From contig NMRA01000306.1 in NCBI GenBank assembly GCA_002633005.1, positions 442,512 through 506,511 on the forward strand: DNA of 64,000 nt, given 5' to 3'. Position numbers and translations under genes: made by a program. Below are positions 13,101 to 25,375 of this stretch, in pieces. Positions within the stretch are counted from its first letter, which is position 1. Each line of letters opens with the position of its first letter. Source of the DNA: Phoronis australis. Its lineage: Eukaryota; Animalia; Phoronida. Under the pieces are notes generated by a model. It made no database searches, was not told where the DNA came from, and was given only the letters and a program-made list of their open reading frames with translations.

Positions 13101-13296
13101 GTCTTTTGGGAATTTCTGGCCACCTGTCGAAGACTTGCACCAGGGAAATTAGCAGTAATAAGGCTTAGCGCGATAGCGTATTTTGATAAAAATTCCATCT
13201 TTTACCAGTTGTTTACATGCAGACAGCCACGCATGCGCAATTTAATCACCACTAGTACAGCAGCGACACCGCGAGGAGAATTCTCCGAATAGCCCC
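10114..13296 (+). mobile_element. Non-autonomous DNA transposon, ISL2EU/Harbinger-like, copy 1 (both ends present)
   Basis: TIR GGGGCTATTCGGA(A/G)AAT at both ends with a shared subterminal 'tagtggtgat'. Flanked by an AT duplication (10112-10113 / 13297-13298). A decayed SAP-like exon (QLNLRLRKKGASMRGSKHDLIQR|gtaag, ~10228-10298) fits the ISL2EU accessory protein. The superfamily is inferred. Confidence 0.8.
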
Positions 13297-13298
13297 AT

Positions 13299-13420
13299 TG
13301 TCAACTGTGAGTCTTTCCATACATTCCGTTGCCTGTGCATGTTCACAGCGCCTCTCTAGTATTTCTTGGTCACTGCATTCCGGTTCGAACTGATAGCCTT
13401 TGAAACTTAACGATCCACCT
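13299..13420 (-). pseudogene. 5' half of a decayed P2X7-ballast/nanor-like (KolX-like) ORF interrupted by transposon copy 1
   Basis: Translates GYQFEPECSDQEILERR...ERLTVDN. After removing 10114-13298 it continues in frame as CRPQTRRCFTASYLLLTAYLSFFDY (ORF 9719-10072). YxFEP...ERL...NC...LxTAY resembles this family, but several cysteines are missing. Confidence 0.35.
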
Positions 13421-13554
13421 GCAAATCTCTTCGTCGGATTAGCTCTCGTCTTAATCGGGATTGCGAGTTACCATGTTGACGTTCATTATTCTGTGTTCTG
13501 TTTCAAATTGAATTATTTTCACCCTAACCAATGCTTATAACAAAGTCTGTCTCA

Positions 13555-13710
13555 TTAGATACAATTTGTAACGCCTTTGGAGTATTGGTGAGTGCAAATG
13601 TTTTGAGAAGCCAGCAATGAATAAACCTCTGCGTTACCGACTTCAGATGCAATGAAGGTAATTGGCCGGGCACCGAGGCCGTGTTGAGCGCATGCTAATT
13701 CATTGTTTAC
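13555..13710 (-). pseudogene. Single ankyrin-repeat-like fragment
   Basis: GARPITFIASEVGNAEVYSLLASQNICTHQYSKGVT resembles the ankyrin consensus TPLxxAxxxGxxxVVxLL. Confidence 0.3.
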
Positions 13711-14462
13711 TGACAGGAAGCTGTTGTGAAACAACAACACGATTTTATGTGCTACATGGTCACATGTTAGGGGAATCTTTATTTAGAGATACATGTACAC
13801 TGTACAACTTTTGCTCTGACGGTTCTGTAAAAGGGCAACTTGGCTTCGCGGCCCCCGACAAGTAAGTAGACTTGCAGTTTCGTCGTTACTTCACCAAAAT
13901 AATTGCGTGCACATTATTTCTTTGGCTCACTAATATAGTGTTTTCGTGATTGGAGGTTTAGTTTCCAATTTAAGCGGGTTTATGATCCCGATGTCCAGTC
14001 CCGGCGACCACGACGGGCCTGATCGGGTTCCGATGCACTGGCTGGGATAACAAGCGTTTTGTGTGTTTAGAACTGAAAAATGGCAAGCTTAAAATTACAT
14101 CACTCAGATATCTTTCACGTCTGTACATCACGGAAGAATGATTCAAGTTTATCACCAAACAGACCCAAACTCCCGCGATCGACCATGATAACTTGGCCTA
14201 CCGAACCTACATGTAGGAGTCTACACTCCTTGAGCGAACTCTGTAGGCTACCGCAGTGGTGGATCTAGGATATCACAAGGGGGGGCCAACATTTTGTCTG
14301 TAAACATTTGCGCTAAGCACGATTGTAGATGCGCATAGCACCGAATGGGGGAGGAAAATTTTTTATTTTTCCTCTGAAAATCAAGCATTTTCCTTGATTC
14401 CTGAAGTATTATCCAAGAAAAAAACGGAGAACTTATCAAACTTGAAAAACTGCAATTACCAC

Positions 14463-14522
14463 AGACTCTAACACACGACCTGGCGGATATAGCGCGCGTG
14501 CTTTACCATTGCACCACCACGA
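14463..14522 (-). mobile_element. tRNA-derived SINE-like head (decayed)
   Basis: Minus strand reads gtggtgcaatggtaaagcacgc...gtcgtgtgttagagtc: an A-box-like and a degenerate B-box-like motif at tRNA spacing. No full cloverleaf. Confidence 0.35.
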
Positions 14523-15211
14523 TTTCACTCGTAAATAAATACTAAAAGACCTACTTATTTATGGTCCACTGCGGTTGCGCGAGAAACCTACTTCTTTTTT
14601 GTAATGCATATTACACTTTTTATATTTTGTGCAATCATTTCGTAATAAATTTGTTGTATTTAGAATAGTCTTCAATTGCCTAAAAGACCAATTCCGTTTT
14701 TGTGTTGGCATTAATGACGCGATTGCTTTGAAAATCGTCTTAAGCTAAGGTTTGACAAAGAGAGAATTACGAGTTTCTGAGTGATTCACTAAGACTTCGA
14801 TTAAAATTTACATCTTACCAGCAGCTTCTGTTTTTTCATCGTGGCTCAGATTCCATGTTCTTTGAATAATGAAGTAATTTTCTTCATAGCACAGTGAAGC
14901 AGACGACAGAAACGGAGTCGTAGTGCACAGCGCCACAGCTGATCGCCTGGGATATCGCGGGAGAGCCTACATGTATGCTTAGCCATAGTTCCGATACCAT
15001 TGCGCCGTGTTCCGAATGTGACACTTGAAATTGGATCAGAGCCCCCCTCCCACGCAAACAAACTAAAACTGCACACATTTAAATCTTGTTTCAGACATAT
15101 AATGTTAATTACCGGGTTTAATTAATAAATTGCATTTCCCTACGCTTTTGCTGTTTTATTTTTTTTGCGGCAGCCTAGGGGGGGGCCCAGAGGGCCCACC
15201 CCCCCCCCCCT

Positions 15212-15553
15212 NNNNNNNNNNNNNNNNNNNNNNNNNNNNNNNNNNNNNNNNNNNNNNNNNNNNNNNNNNNNNNNNNNNNNNNNNNNNNNNNNNNNNNNNN
15301 NNNNNNNNNNNNNNNNNNNNNNNNNNNNNNNNNNNNNNNNNNNNNNNNNNNNNNNNNNNNNNNNNNNNNNNNNNNNNNNNNNNNNNNNNNNNNNNNNNNN
15401 NNNNNNNNNNNNNNNNNNNNNNNNNNNNNNNNNNNNNNNNNNNNNNNNNNNNNNNNNNNNNNNNNNNNNNNNNNNNNNNNNNNNNNNNNNNNNNNNNNNN
15501 NNNNNNNNNNNNNNNNNNNNNNNNNNNNNNNNNNNNNNNNNNNNNNNNNNNNN
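15212..15553. other. Assembly gap (N run)
   Basis: Run of N, preceded by a poly-G/poly-C tract. Confidence 1.
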
Positions 15554-18487
15554 GTACGTGATGCACAGAAGTCAAGAGTGACTTTTTCACAGCAGTTTCT
15601 CTTCAAAACTATGCTGTTTCCAATAAAATTCTCTAGATGAGTGAGTTTCCTTATTTTATCGTGGACCCCACCCCCAGGACCACCAGCTCAGTTATCGAAT
15701 TAACATGAATAAGCCTTAATTCAGTAAATGTCGTAACATTGCATTGGAAAAAAACTTGACTCCTAGAATGAATTTTACTTGTTGAGATTAGAAGCACTTT
15801 TAGCCTGTTTCACATATTTTTATGCAGATATTAAAATATAAGACTTGGGTACAAAGTTGATTAGTTTCTACACATAAACATGAAGATGAAATGTCAAATA
15901 TGTTCTGCCTTACAAAAGTAGTTTTGTCTTGTCTTTTCTTTTACAATTTGCTAATATTTCTATTCTGTTACAGGCAAGAAAAAACAACTGAAACCAACCG
16001 CCTGACCATCTATTTCACAGTTGGACAAAGTGAAAAGCAATCCTTCAGCAATAACCTGAGAGAATTAAACGTAATTCAGTAATTCAGCACCTGATATGCC
16101 TGATTATGGACTCCCTCGCAATGTTGTTTCTTTTTGTGCTTTTTCAGTTTGCCATTTGTTTTTAGATACACTGATAATTGCTTATTCTCGAATCTTGTGC
16201 ATAGCAGCTAGCTACGATTGAAAACATACAATAAGACAATTGATGCAGTCACTGAATGTCGTTTCCCCATAATCTGTACCAAATTGAAAAGTTTTTACCA
16301 ATAGTATACAGCCTTTCTTCTGAAAGGAAAAATTAATGTCACTCAGCTTTTGGCTTTCGTTTCACTGGGTTCTAGTTTCAATGGCCTATAGAAGCGCTTG
16401 TAAAAAAGGTCCAGTTTCAACACGTGGCTTTCTTTCATGTAACCTCATTCAGTCTCTATAACATCCACAATTAGACCCTTGAAGGTAAACACAACAGCAT
16501 ATCACTTGAATCGTTTTGAGCCCAAAATCAGACTCTGAACTAGACCAGAGTGTGACTAGGTCTTCTTTAGCTTCATTCCCTCATGTTTCTTCCAGGAAAG
16601 GAAATAAGCTATTGTCCACACATGACTCATTGCCTATGAAAGGGCATCCTCACCAACAAGGCTTATTTGTGTAGCAGTCAGATACAGTTCGTCTGGATAC
16701 ACAGACACTCCACTGGCACATTGTCTTATGGTAACTTAGTACTGGGATTCACATTTCTCCAGGGCCACTGACTTGCACATTGTGCCATGCAGCACTGCTG
16801 GTGTGTGGAAGTGCTGTGGGAAGAGAACGAAGTAACAGTTGTCTATGGTACAGCTAGAAGTGGCCTTAAAATGTCACTGAACCTGGAACAAATATTGAAA
16901 TATGAATAATTAAGTACTCCAGATTGGATCAAAAATGTTATCCCAGTTTTTCAAAAATATATGGTGATTGGTCTACAGTTTCACATAAAAGTAAAGAATT
17001 ACTTTTTTCAGAAACCAAGGATGTATATAATGAGCATTGCATAAAACTGTGTCTTTATTTTTTATCCCTAGCCATAACAATTCTTTAAAGGCATCACTTG
17101 TCTGTCAAATATACAAGTTTTTGAGAAAACTTCAAACCTTTGTTACCCATTTTCAAGCCTTTTTAATTTTGATACTTTCAGCACTTCTAAACTCAGATTA
17201 CAGGTTCATGGGTCTGTCAAGCATACTTCTAGCCTAAGGTTGAGGGAACCGTTTTTCTTCTAATAGAAGATATGAATACTTGGGTCATTTAAAAATGATG
17301 GATAATCTTTCTGTTGTTTAAAAGTAATTATAAATCGTAAGGCACCATCAAAAATGCAATTTTCACAAAAATGGCAGTCATTTGAATTTATAACGACTTG
17401 CAACATTTCAAGGCATGAGTTAAGACTAAGGCAGTCACTGTGAATTCGGAAAATATAATACATTTTCGTGGTTATACAATTGATACAAGTAGCAATACAG
17501 TTTCATGAAATCAACTTGAAGGGACTTCGTGAAGGTTAAGAATTACCTCACCATGCTCTTTTCCTCAAACATGTACTACCTGTTATTTCCACACATTCAG
17601 TTGTACCAAATATTACAACCCCCATGGCAATCCCCCTCGGGATAATTTAACAAAAATGACTTTGAAAATAGCTGTTCCTTTTCAAAGGCTTTGTTCGTTG
17701 TCTCCAATATTGAAAGTAGGCTTTGACAACAGATCTGCACTGGATGGGAATATCTTGTTGGTTAGCTGCAGTCAAATGCTAAAAACCAATTTTTGTCCAT
17801 TCAGGGACGGTACAGAAGCGATGCATATCTCCTCTGCACGGTACAAGCCTTCAAACCTAAAAACCAAAGGTGACGTGAAAACTGGCGTGATAGATTTCCA
17901 TTTCAACGTGTAATAGATTTCCAGAAGACATATGATAGGGAGTAAACAAATAGTCTAATGCAATGGATATTTATCACTGACGTACCCTTTGCCATTGGGA
18001 TTGGATTGTAATCTTAACTCATTAACCTGTATCGAGCTAACAGCATAAACATTCAGCATTCATTGATGTAACTGTCACTGATAAACTTTTAGAAATCATT
18101 CCAAACAATAATAATGCTTTGATGTACGAAAAGATCCCGATTGCTACGTCAAGTATCGTATCACATATCACAACATACAAAGATTAACCAGACTCTGGCT
18201 GGCGACTGACTGCCGCGAAGCAGACATCGGCGAGTGTCTCAGTTAACAGGCATCGGTAGAATAATCATGGAATAATCGTTAAATTAATCACAAACCTTAC
18301 CTTTGTATGAGGTCGTGCTTACTTCCTCTGATAGAAGCACACTTTTTACGCAATCTCAGATTCAGTTGGCACGGCTGCAAGCCATTTCACCATGTATTTA
18401 AAGGGCTCGCGAAATCGAGGCTGTTAATATCTATCACCACTAGTACACGCACGCCCTCTAGTTATTGCAGATTTTCCGAATAGCCCC
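15554..18487 (-). mobile_element. ISL2EU/Harbinger-like element, copy 2, inverted relative to copy 1; its other end falls in the gap
   Basis: Reverse complement of ~10114-12771 with scattered substitutions and indels. Ends ...ccgaatagcccc|AT at 18487. Carries ~320 bp (~17500-17822) that copy 1 lacks. Confidence 0.9.
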
Positions 18488-20859
18488 ATTCGATGTATTT
18501 GTAAGGGTTTTTATTTAAATTTGATGATTTATTGGTGTAAACGATGCATTCAAGCGACAAGGTGACACCAGTAAACTGCTGTGAACGACTGAACTGACTG
18601 CCGCGTTCGAAACGATTACGTCATTGGTTAATTTCAACACCTCCGTCTGCCGTCAGGTGTCAGGTAAAACAACTGAACTTGCTGTTCTCGAGTAGAACTA
18701 CTCGATCTAAATTGATACAAAATATGTTGTTTTTGGGTGGCATTCTCCCGCTTTAACGGCTTCAATCGATCCGGCAAACGCGCTACTTTCTCGAAGTCAA
18801 ACACAAATCAGGGGTGTTTGTCCGCGGCCTGCGTTTACCGTTTACGCCTAGGCCTACTAGGTCACTTGTTCAATATTCGGCCACGAGAGAAATCCAAGAA
18901 ACGATGTCAACGTTCAATAATTTTCCGAATTTCGAGTCATGCGAAAGGCCAGCCTCGGTATTTTATGTGCATTCGTTCGCCGCCGCGTAGGCGTAGTCCG
19001 CGTGCTGCGGTCGCGTGCTTCACGGAGACCTACTGAGCTCGTACTGCGAAACCACGGCGACGGGACTGTGTGAGTTCCTCATTTATTCTTCCCGTCAAAG
19101 TACTTTTATAGAGGTAAGTGGTCAACATCTCAACTTTCATTCCAGTTTCTAGTGCAGTGCCATATATACATTAATTCCACTTCATGTCCATTCTTGCAAA
19201 AAGCGAACAGAGGGGGCCATGTACATGTGCAGGGTTTTCCTTGCCTCTCGTACGCCTACAGCTATACTACAGTAGCCCTAGAGTCAAATATTCAAAAGTT
19301 TCGTGTTTCCCGTTTTAATCATGATTCATTTCGGCGTTGAGTCCTGATGTGGAACCAGTCCTGCTGTGGAGCATTATGGTCCTGAACAGTACACAATTTG
19401 CATTTTGGGTTCAAATTCAATTGTAAACGAAGACGGTCTCTAGGTTGTAAACAAGTGTTCGGGTTTTCAGGTGTTTACGGTTACTTTAGGTCAACCTTTG
19501 CCTCATTGGATTGGTACAGAATGGCATCCTACCCCTGGGCACTTTCTTTTAATGGTTAAAAGTTTTCAAGCTATCAAATTAGATTGATCACGTCTAGAAT
19601 CGCCGCATTCATGTGTTCATGCGTGACACTTTCAGGTTGTTTGTTTAACATGTCACATAATAGTCAGTGTTCTCGTCAAGTGAAAATCCAAACCTGTCCG
19701 GAAGATCTAACTGAAGTCCACCTGGATGTCATTCTTTGTTAAGGGCAAAAAGCCCGTATGTTGCAGGTTACCCAAAACTGATGGAAGCACCGGCAAACTT
19801 GCCCTGAGTTCAGTAACGCTGAAAAGCCAGACTTCGCGAGATTACGCGAGATGTCGCCCTATATTTTAAATGAGAACGCATGATTTGGGCTAGATTTTGT
19901 GAGGTCCTAACTTTACTGAACTGTAACCTGTTGAAGTTACATGTTAAAACTGGTCGTGGAGAACACTGATGTATTAAAATGGCTCCTAAGTATATTTGAT
20001 CGTTGTTTTTCTTTTCTTGTTTACAGGTACCGGTTATTACGAAAAAACAATTCAAGATTGGAAATAATTGCTTAAAAATCTCGATTACTGGCTGAAAACT
20101 CCATCTCATATTTGGAAAATCGAGAGCAAAGAATTTTATTGGGCGAAGGTCGTTGAACTTTTCTACCTACGAACACTGATCCCGGCTCATGAACCCAGTC
20201 GATTATCATTTGAATATCTACGTGAAACAGGGTCAGGTACGTTAAAAGAGGCGTGTAGTTAGATTCCGTTTGTTGGAAGATAACACAGTGTGAGACATGT
20301 GTTCCGAAAAAGCTGCTGTATTCCACATGCTAAGGCCACTGCACTTCTCTTTGCCGCGAAAAATGGACGTAATTGGGATATTCCACATCGTACGGTTCTC
20401 TGCCACTGAAACATATTTCAACCAGCTCGCCAGGTATTTTAAGGTTTGCTCTTAAATCTTTAAAACTGTTGTTGACATCAAACCATTTTTCTTTCAGTCT
20501 CAAATTTCAAAAAACGATCTGCAACTTCGTCGATTTTTCTCCCTGAAGACAAGACACGTCGCTTTCTTTAACTACTATGGGTTCATAATTTACGGTTTTG
20601 CTATGGACAGTTGTACTGTTAGGGGCTGTTGTTAACATGACCCTGTGGTAAACGGGTAGCAAAGTGTTTTTCTCGTCCCCGTATACAACAGGGTCATGTT
20701 AAGAACAGGATGCAGGCAATTTTCAGGACACGGTGCACTAAACGCCCACGATCTCATCTAGAAAGGTAATGTTTTCTGTGATGAACAATTTACTATACAT
20801 GTATTTCACACCAGTGCTTGTAATTCATCTGTGGTGAACGGAGCAAAACTTTCGGAAAC

Positions 20860-21665
20860 GTCAGAGCACGATTTTAAACTGATTTTTTGAAATTGTAAAT
20901 TTTAAGAAACACTCAAGAGTAAAAAACAACTAATGAAATTCGTACGCGCCTACGCATTTTTTCATAAATTATCTGATCGTCCGAAAAAGTTCAGTATAAA
21001 AGTGTGAGGTAGGATTTACATGATGTTGCTCCATCCATTGAAAACATGACAAAAATTACTCTTGATTTCAGAATATAAACTTGTGTCCCTTTTCTCAAAA
21101 CAGCTAAGACATAGAGTTAGTTTGACGACGGGCCATTAAGCAGCTAGAATACACAAGCCTAGTAATTTCATACTTAGGCGCTAATTGCCTTTGCCCGCGT
21201 ATCTCGCACATTCTCTTTGTAATTGGGGTTTACCTCCGCTTGTACTGGTAGTGGAATGAGCAGATGTGTCAGAGCACGATTTTAAACTGATTTTTTGAAA
21301 TTGTAAATTTTAAGAAAAACTCAAGAGTAAAAAACAACTAATAAAATTCGTACGCGCCTACGCATTTTTTCATAAATTATCTGATAGTCCGAAAAAGTTC
21401 AGTATAAAAGTGTGAGGTAGGATTTACATGATGTTGCTCCATCCATTGAAAACATGACAAAAATTACTCTTGATTTCAGAATATAAACTTGTGTCCCTTT
21501 TCTTAAAACAGCTAGGACATAGAGTTAGTTTGACGACGGGCCATTAAGCAGCTAGAATACACAAGCCTAGTAATTTCATACTTAGGCGCTAATTGCCTTT
21601 GCCCGCGTATCTCGCACATTCTCTTTGCACCTCCGCTTGTACTGGTAGTGGAATGAGCAGATGTG
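20860..21665. repeat. Tandem duplication, unit ~408 bp
   Basis: 'gtcagagcacgattttaaactg' starts at 20860 and at 21268. Units are near-identical apart from a few SNPs and one small indel near the unit end. Confidence 0.95.
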
Positions 21666-22573
21666 TTAGAAGGGGCATCAGTGCACCGCTGTGTCTGAGA
21701 ACCTATGATATTGGGATATTGTTAACACGGTGCTGCTAGCACCTCGTTATTACTTGAGGTTTGGTTGTATAAGTCGAATTCTCATGGCGAGTCCTTTTAT
21801 TCGGCGATCATTTTACCACCAGAAGCCTGTTGAATAGAGTGTGCGCCCATCATAAGTGAGTGGGAACGCTTGCCTGCAGTGAGAGTTCGCAAATGTCTGT
21901 TGACCAAAGACCTATTTACTACCTAAGCCAACACTGCGTGTATCATCTTACTCATGGAATACATTTGCCTGCGCGAAAGTAGTTCATTTCTATCATTTTG
22001 CTCGGTAGACGGCGCTTTTGTAAACATGGTGGCTCGAGATTTCTGGTTTAGGCCACGGGCGCTTGAGTTTATCTGCTCCTCGATCGCAAATGACGTCACT
22101 CAATACTAAGAAAACATATGTTTCTTGTATAGGGTTATGAGTCTTCGGGAAATTCGAGCGCCTGTGATTTAGGCAGTAGACCTATCGCGTTTTTGAATCT
22201 AAATGTTACTGAACAACAGTTGTAAATGCCGATTCAGACCAATGTACGAACCGGGAATCTATCCTGGACCAGCCATGCGCGCCTGCACTGTAGTACTTGC
22301 TTAAAAAGTGAGTTAAAAGGGGTCTGAATTGAAGATAAATTGGTGATTTTCGACACATCACTGTGACTGGCCTGCTTGGACTTCGACTTCAGAGTTCAGT
22401 CTTATCACACCTAACTACTTTGGAAACAAGTTGGATATAATGTTCCCTGGTTTAGAGAATGACGCTATCAACATGTTGTCATAACTTCAGTAGGGAAAAA
22501 ATGGGAAACGAACGTCAGGACAAGGACATGGTCGAAAAAAATTGATGAATGTAACAACTGAATAATATTCCTG

Positions 22574-24747
22574 CAGGGCTCGATACTATTAAAATCGCCA
22601 GGTCGCATGTTGCGACCTAGCCAAAATCCCAGGTCGCATTTTCAAAATCCAGCTCGCATTCGTAAATGCCAGGTCGCAAATTTTTTCCGCCATTTTTACG
22701 CGCCAAAATAGATTTTCAGATCATCGAGATTATTTTTAGATTATGCTCTTACCTGCAGCGTTAAATACTCACATATTTCGGATCTCAAAATTGACTTCAT
22801 TCTTGTAGGTACGGCCTTACTGTTCTTCGCAACCGCCACTGAAAGACTCTAGAGCGCAAGGCAAGTTGCCGACGTGAAAGTTGAATCAGTGCTCTCTAAA
22901 TGACTTATGCATTCGAGTAGCTAAATTTGCGATGTGAAAAGGGAGAAAATGCCCGTTGAAAAGTATCCGGGATTTTGTTAGATCTGGCCTGCTACTGGCT
23001 GTCATCAAAGTCGTTAACGATTCAAACTAACTCGGGTAATGGCGAGTTTGCTCCTCAATGCATGTACCTTCCAAGTACGGGAAAAATAGGTCAGTCACAA
23101 AACGACACGCATGTCACTAGTGTTAACTTTCTTTCCGAGGTATAAAACAAAGCCGGGTTTTTACATATTGTGAAATTTTTTTTTTGAAAACTGAAGTTGT
23201 GTCAGTAAAATGAAAGTGACACACCATATAAGGTGCGTGTCAATTTTGAACCACACGCGGTCGTTTGTAGTGCGCTATGATGGGCGCTAGCTTGAACTGT
23301 GGGCGCTTAATTGGAAATTCTCAAAATTTAAGGGGGGACTTTTAATAGATCAGTGAGCGCTTATTATGAAACACTTTAAAGTTAGGGAGTAGGCTTGTGC
23401 GTGAGCATAGTCGTTAACCTTAGTGTTTGCGGTAATAAGATATTAAAACGCTGCAATGGTAAGAAACGTTATAATAATACGATTTTGCGAGGCAAACTCC
23501 ACGTAGTAGGTGTGACTTTCTGGATATCGTTACCACCTACATTGTACCCTTTTTAGCCACCCGGAATGATTTTGTTTTTAACTGCCCGCTTCAGCCGGAA
23601 GAAGGTTGTTTCTATAGGAGTCTGAACATTTTACGGCGACGGTGGTTCGGGGACCAAAAAGTTGCCGGGGGGGTGTATATAGAGAAGAATGAAAAGTTCG
23701 CTAACTTGAACCACAATTTCGCAGTTTAGTTGCAATAGCTGGCTACGGGCATAGAATACAGGGTTTACAGAACATCGACCTCGGGAAACATCGGAACAGA
23801 AAACGTCAGTTCTGGGTTATATCGGTCCCGGGACATCGGGTCTTTTATAACCGCTGGGAATCTGAGTTCATTTTCAAATAAACCAGAGCCAAGCCGGTAT
23901 ACTCTTTTATTTAGGACTGTCGCTGTTCTTTGAAGTGGTGCGCACGCGTGAGTTCACGCACCTGAATCGCTGGAGTAGGCCTACACTTTACGTTGGGAAC
24001 AACGTGTGAAAGACAAATCATTTTTCGCACACGTAGCCCCAGAAACAAGTAAAGGGTTTTTAGAATTTCTTGGCAACTGAAAATAAAGATATGACCGTCG
24101 TTTGGCGATTAATAAGGTTGACATTTTCACATTGGCTGTCTAAATACGATAAAAAGGAGAAGCACATCTCAGTCTAAGTCACGATTGTCTGCCGGGACCG
24201 CTTGCGCGGGGCGGTGCCGCAGTGCCATATCAGGGATATTGTCGTGGATATTTGGTACATGTAATAAGGACATCTTATGTGAAAAATAAACTTTTTTGTC
24301 CACCACAAAGTTTGGTAATTTTATCGCTTAAGAATTAGTAGAAACACCGTTGTTTTGTGAAGTTTTATCACGTGTTAAGATGTGGCCCGAAATTTTCTTC
24401 GGCTAATCCGGGAATTTACAAAAGTGGCCGAAAGTGTTAGTCAATGAAACGCGTCAAAGATCGATTCTGCATATCCCATGTTCACGCGACTTGCTTACAA
24501 GTCATTGGGAGGGCTGTTCTCGGTTAGTGTTCTTTTGAACTTGGATTTGGCAACAACCAAATAACGGTCGGATTACCAAGAGCTGCTTTGTATTGTATAT
24601 CTGTTAAGAAGTGTAAAAACTCAGCTCGCATTCGTTGGAAATTCCAGGTCGCATTTTGCGACTTGATACGAGCTGACAAAAATCTCAGCTCGCATTTCCA
24701 AATTTCAGGTCGCAAATGCGACCTGCAGCTCGTTATGTCGAGCACCG
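22574..24747. mobile_element. hAT-like non-autonomous DNA transposon
   Basis: Imperfect TIRs CAGGGCTCGATA... / ...tatgtcgagcaccg. Both ends have clusters of subterminal 'cag(g/c)tcgca' repeats. Flanks attcctg / actccta are a possible degraded TSD. Confidence 0.7.
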
Positions 24748-25375
24748 ACTCCTATCATACGGTGGATTAGACAGTGACTGCCGTCTACAGACTGTAGCTA
24801 GCCCCAGTAGACAGTGAAGCTCCTCGGGGAGTTTCATACATTGATAGATTTTCGGTGACTTATGACTCACACTGATTAAAACTTCAAAGTCATGTTGTAC
24901 CTCTTGCTCATAGAGGGACAACTTAGGTACCCATTGATGTCTTTAATTTCATCCAAATCAAACAAATACACCTGTAAAGTAACTTTTTCTACAACCAGTC
25001 CTTCGTTCAGGTGCCCAAATCGTCAACTGGTCAGTTTTACACTGCGCGCCCGCCTATTTTTACCGCGCCCGCCAGTGTCAGGCATAATTCGCCTTAAATC
25101 TTCCGGCGTATGTTACTATCAGTGGATGAAACTTGTTATCCATGTCAGGGACCATTATATCCGAGCAGAGTCATATTTTGTAATTCTGCAACTATAGAAT
25201 TTCTGCAAACGGTTAATTGAACATATTTCCCATCTACAGTACTAAAATTGATCAGCTTGATTAAATTTTTATACCCGTAAGTCAACTCACTTGAACACAG
25301 ATAATTCTAGGAGGCACATCAGTCATGCTAGTAAAAATTGAAAGTCTTTGCTATTTACGTATATTTAATTTCAGA

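Noticed and set aside
15130-15606. ORFs of 138-144 aa in the ORF track
   Set aside because: They consist almost entirely of X from the N gap.
12195-16082. Near-identical ORF pair MSSMFCLTK / MSNMFCLTK (12195-12398 and 15891-16082) as a duplicated gene
   Set aside because: Their similarity simply reflects the two transposon copies. There is no independent coding evidence.
22595-24730. Regularly spaced 'caggtcgca' repeats as a possible CRISPR array
   Set aside because: Too short, no unique spacers and no cas genes. They are subterminal repeats of a hAT-like element in eukaryotic DNA.
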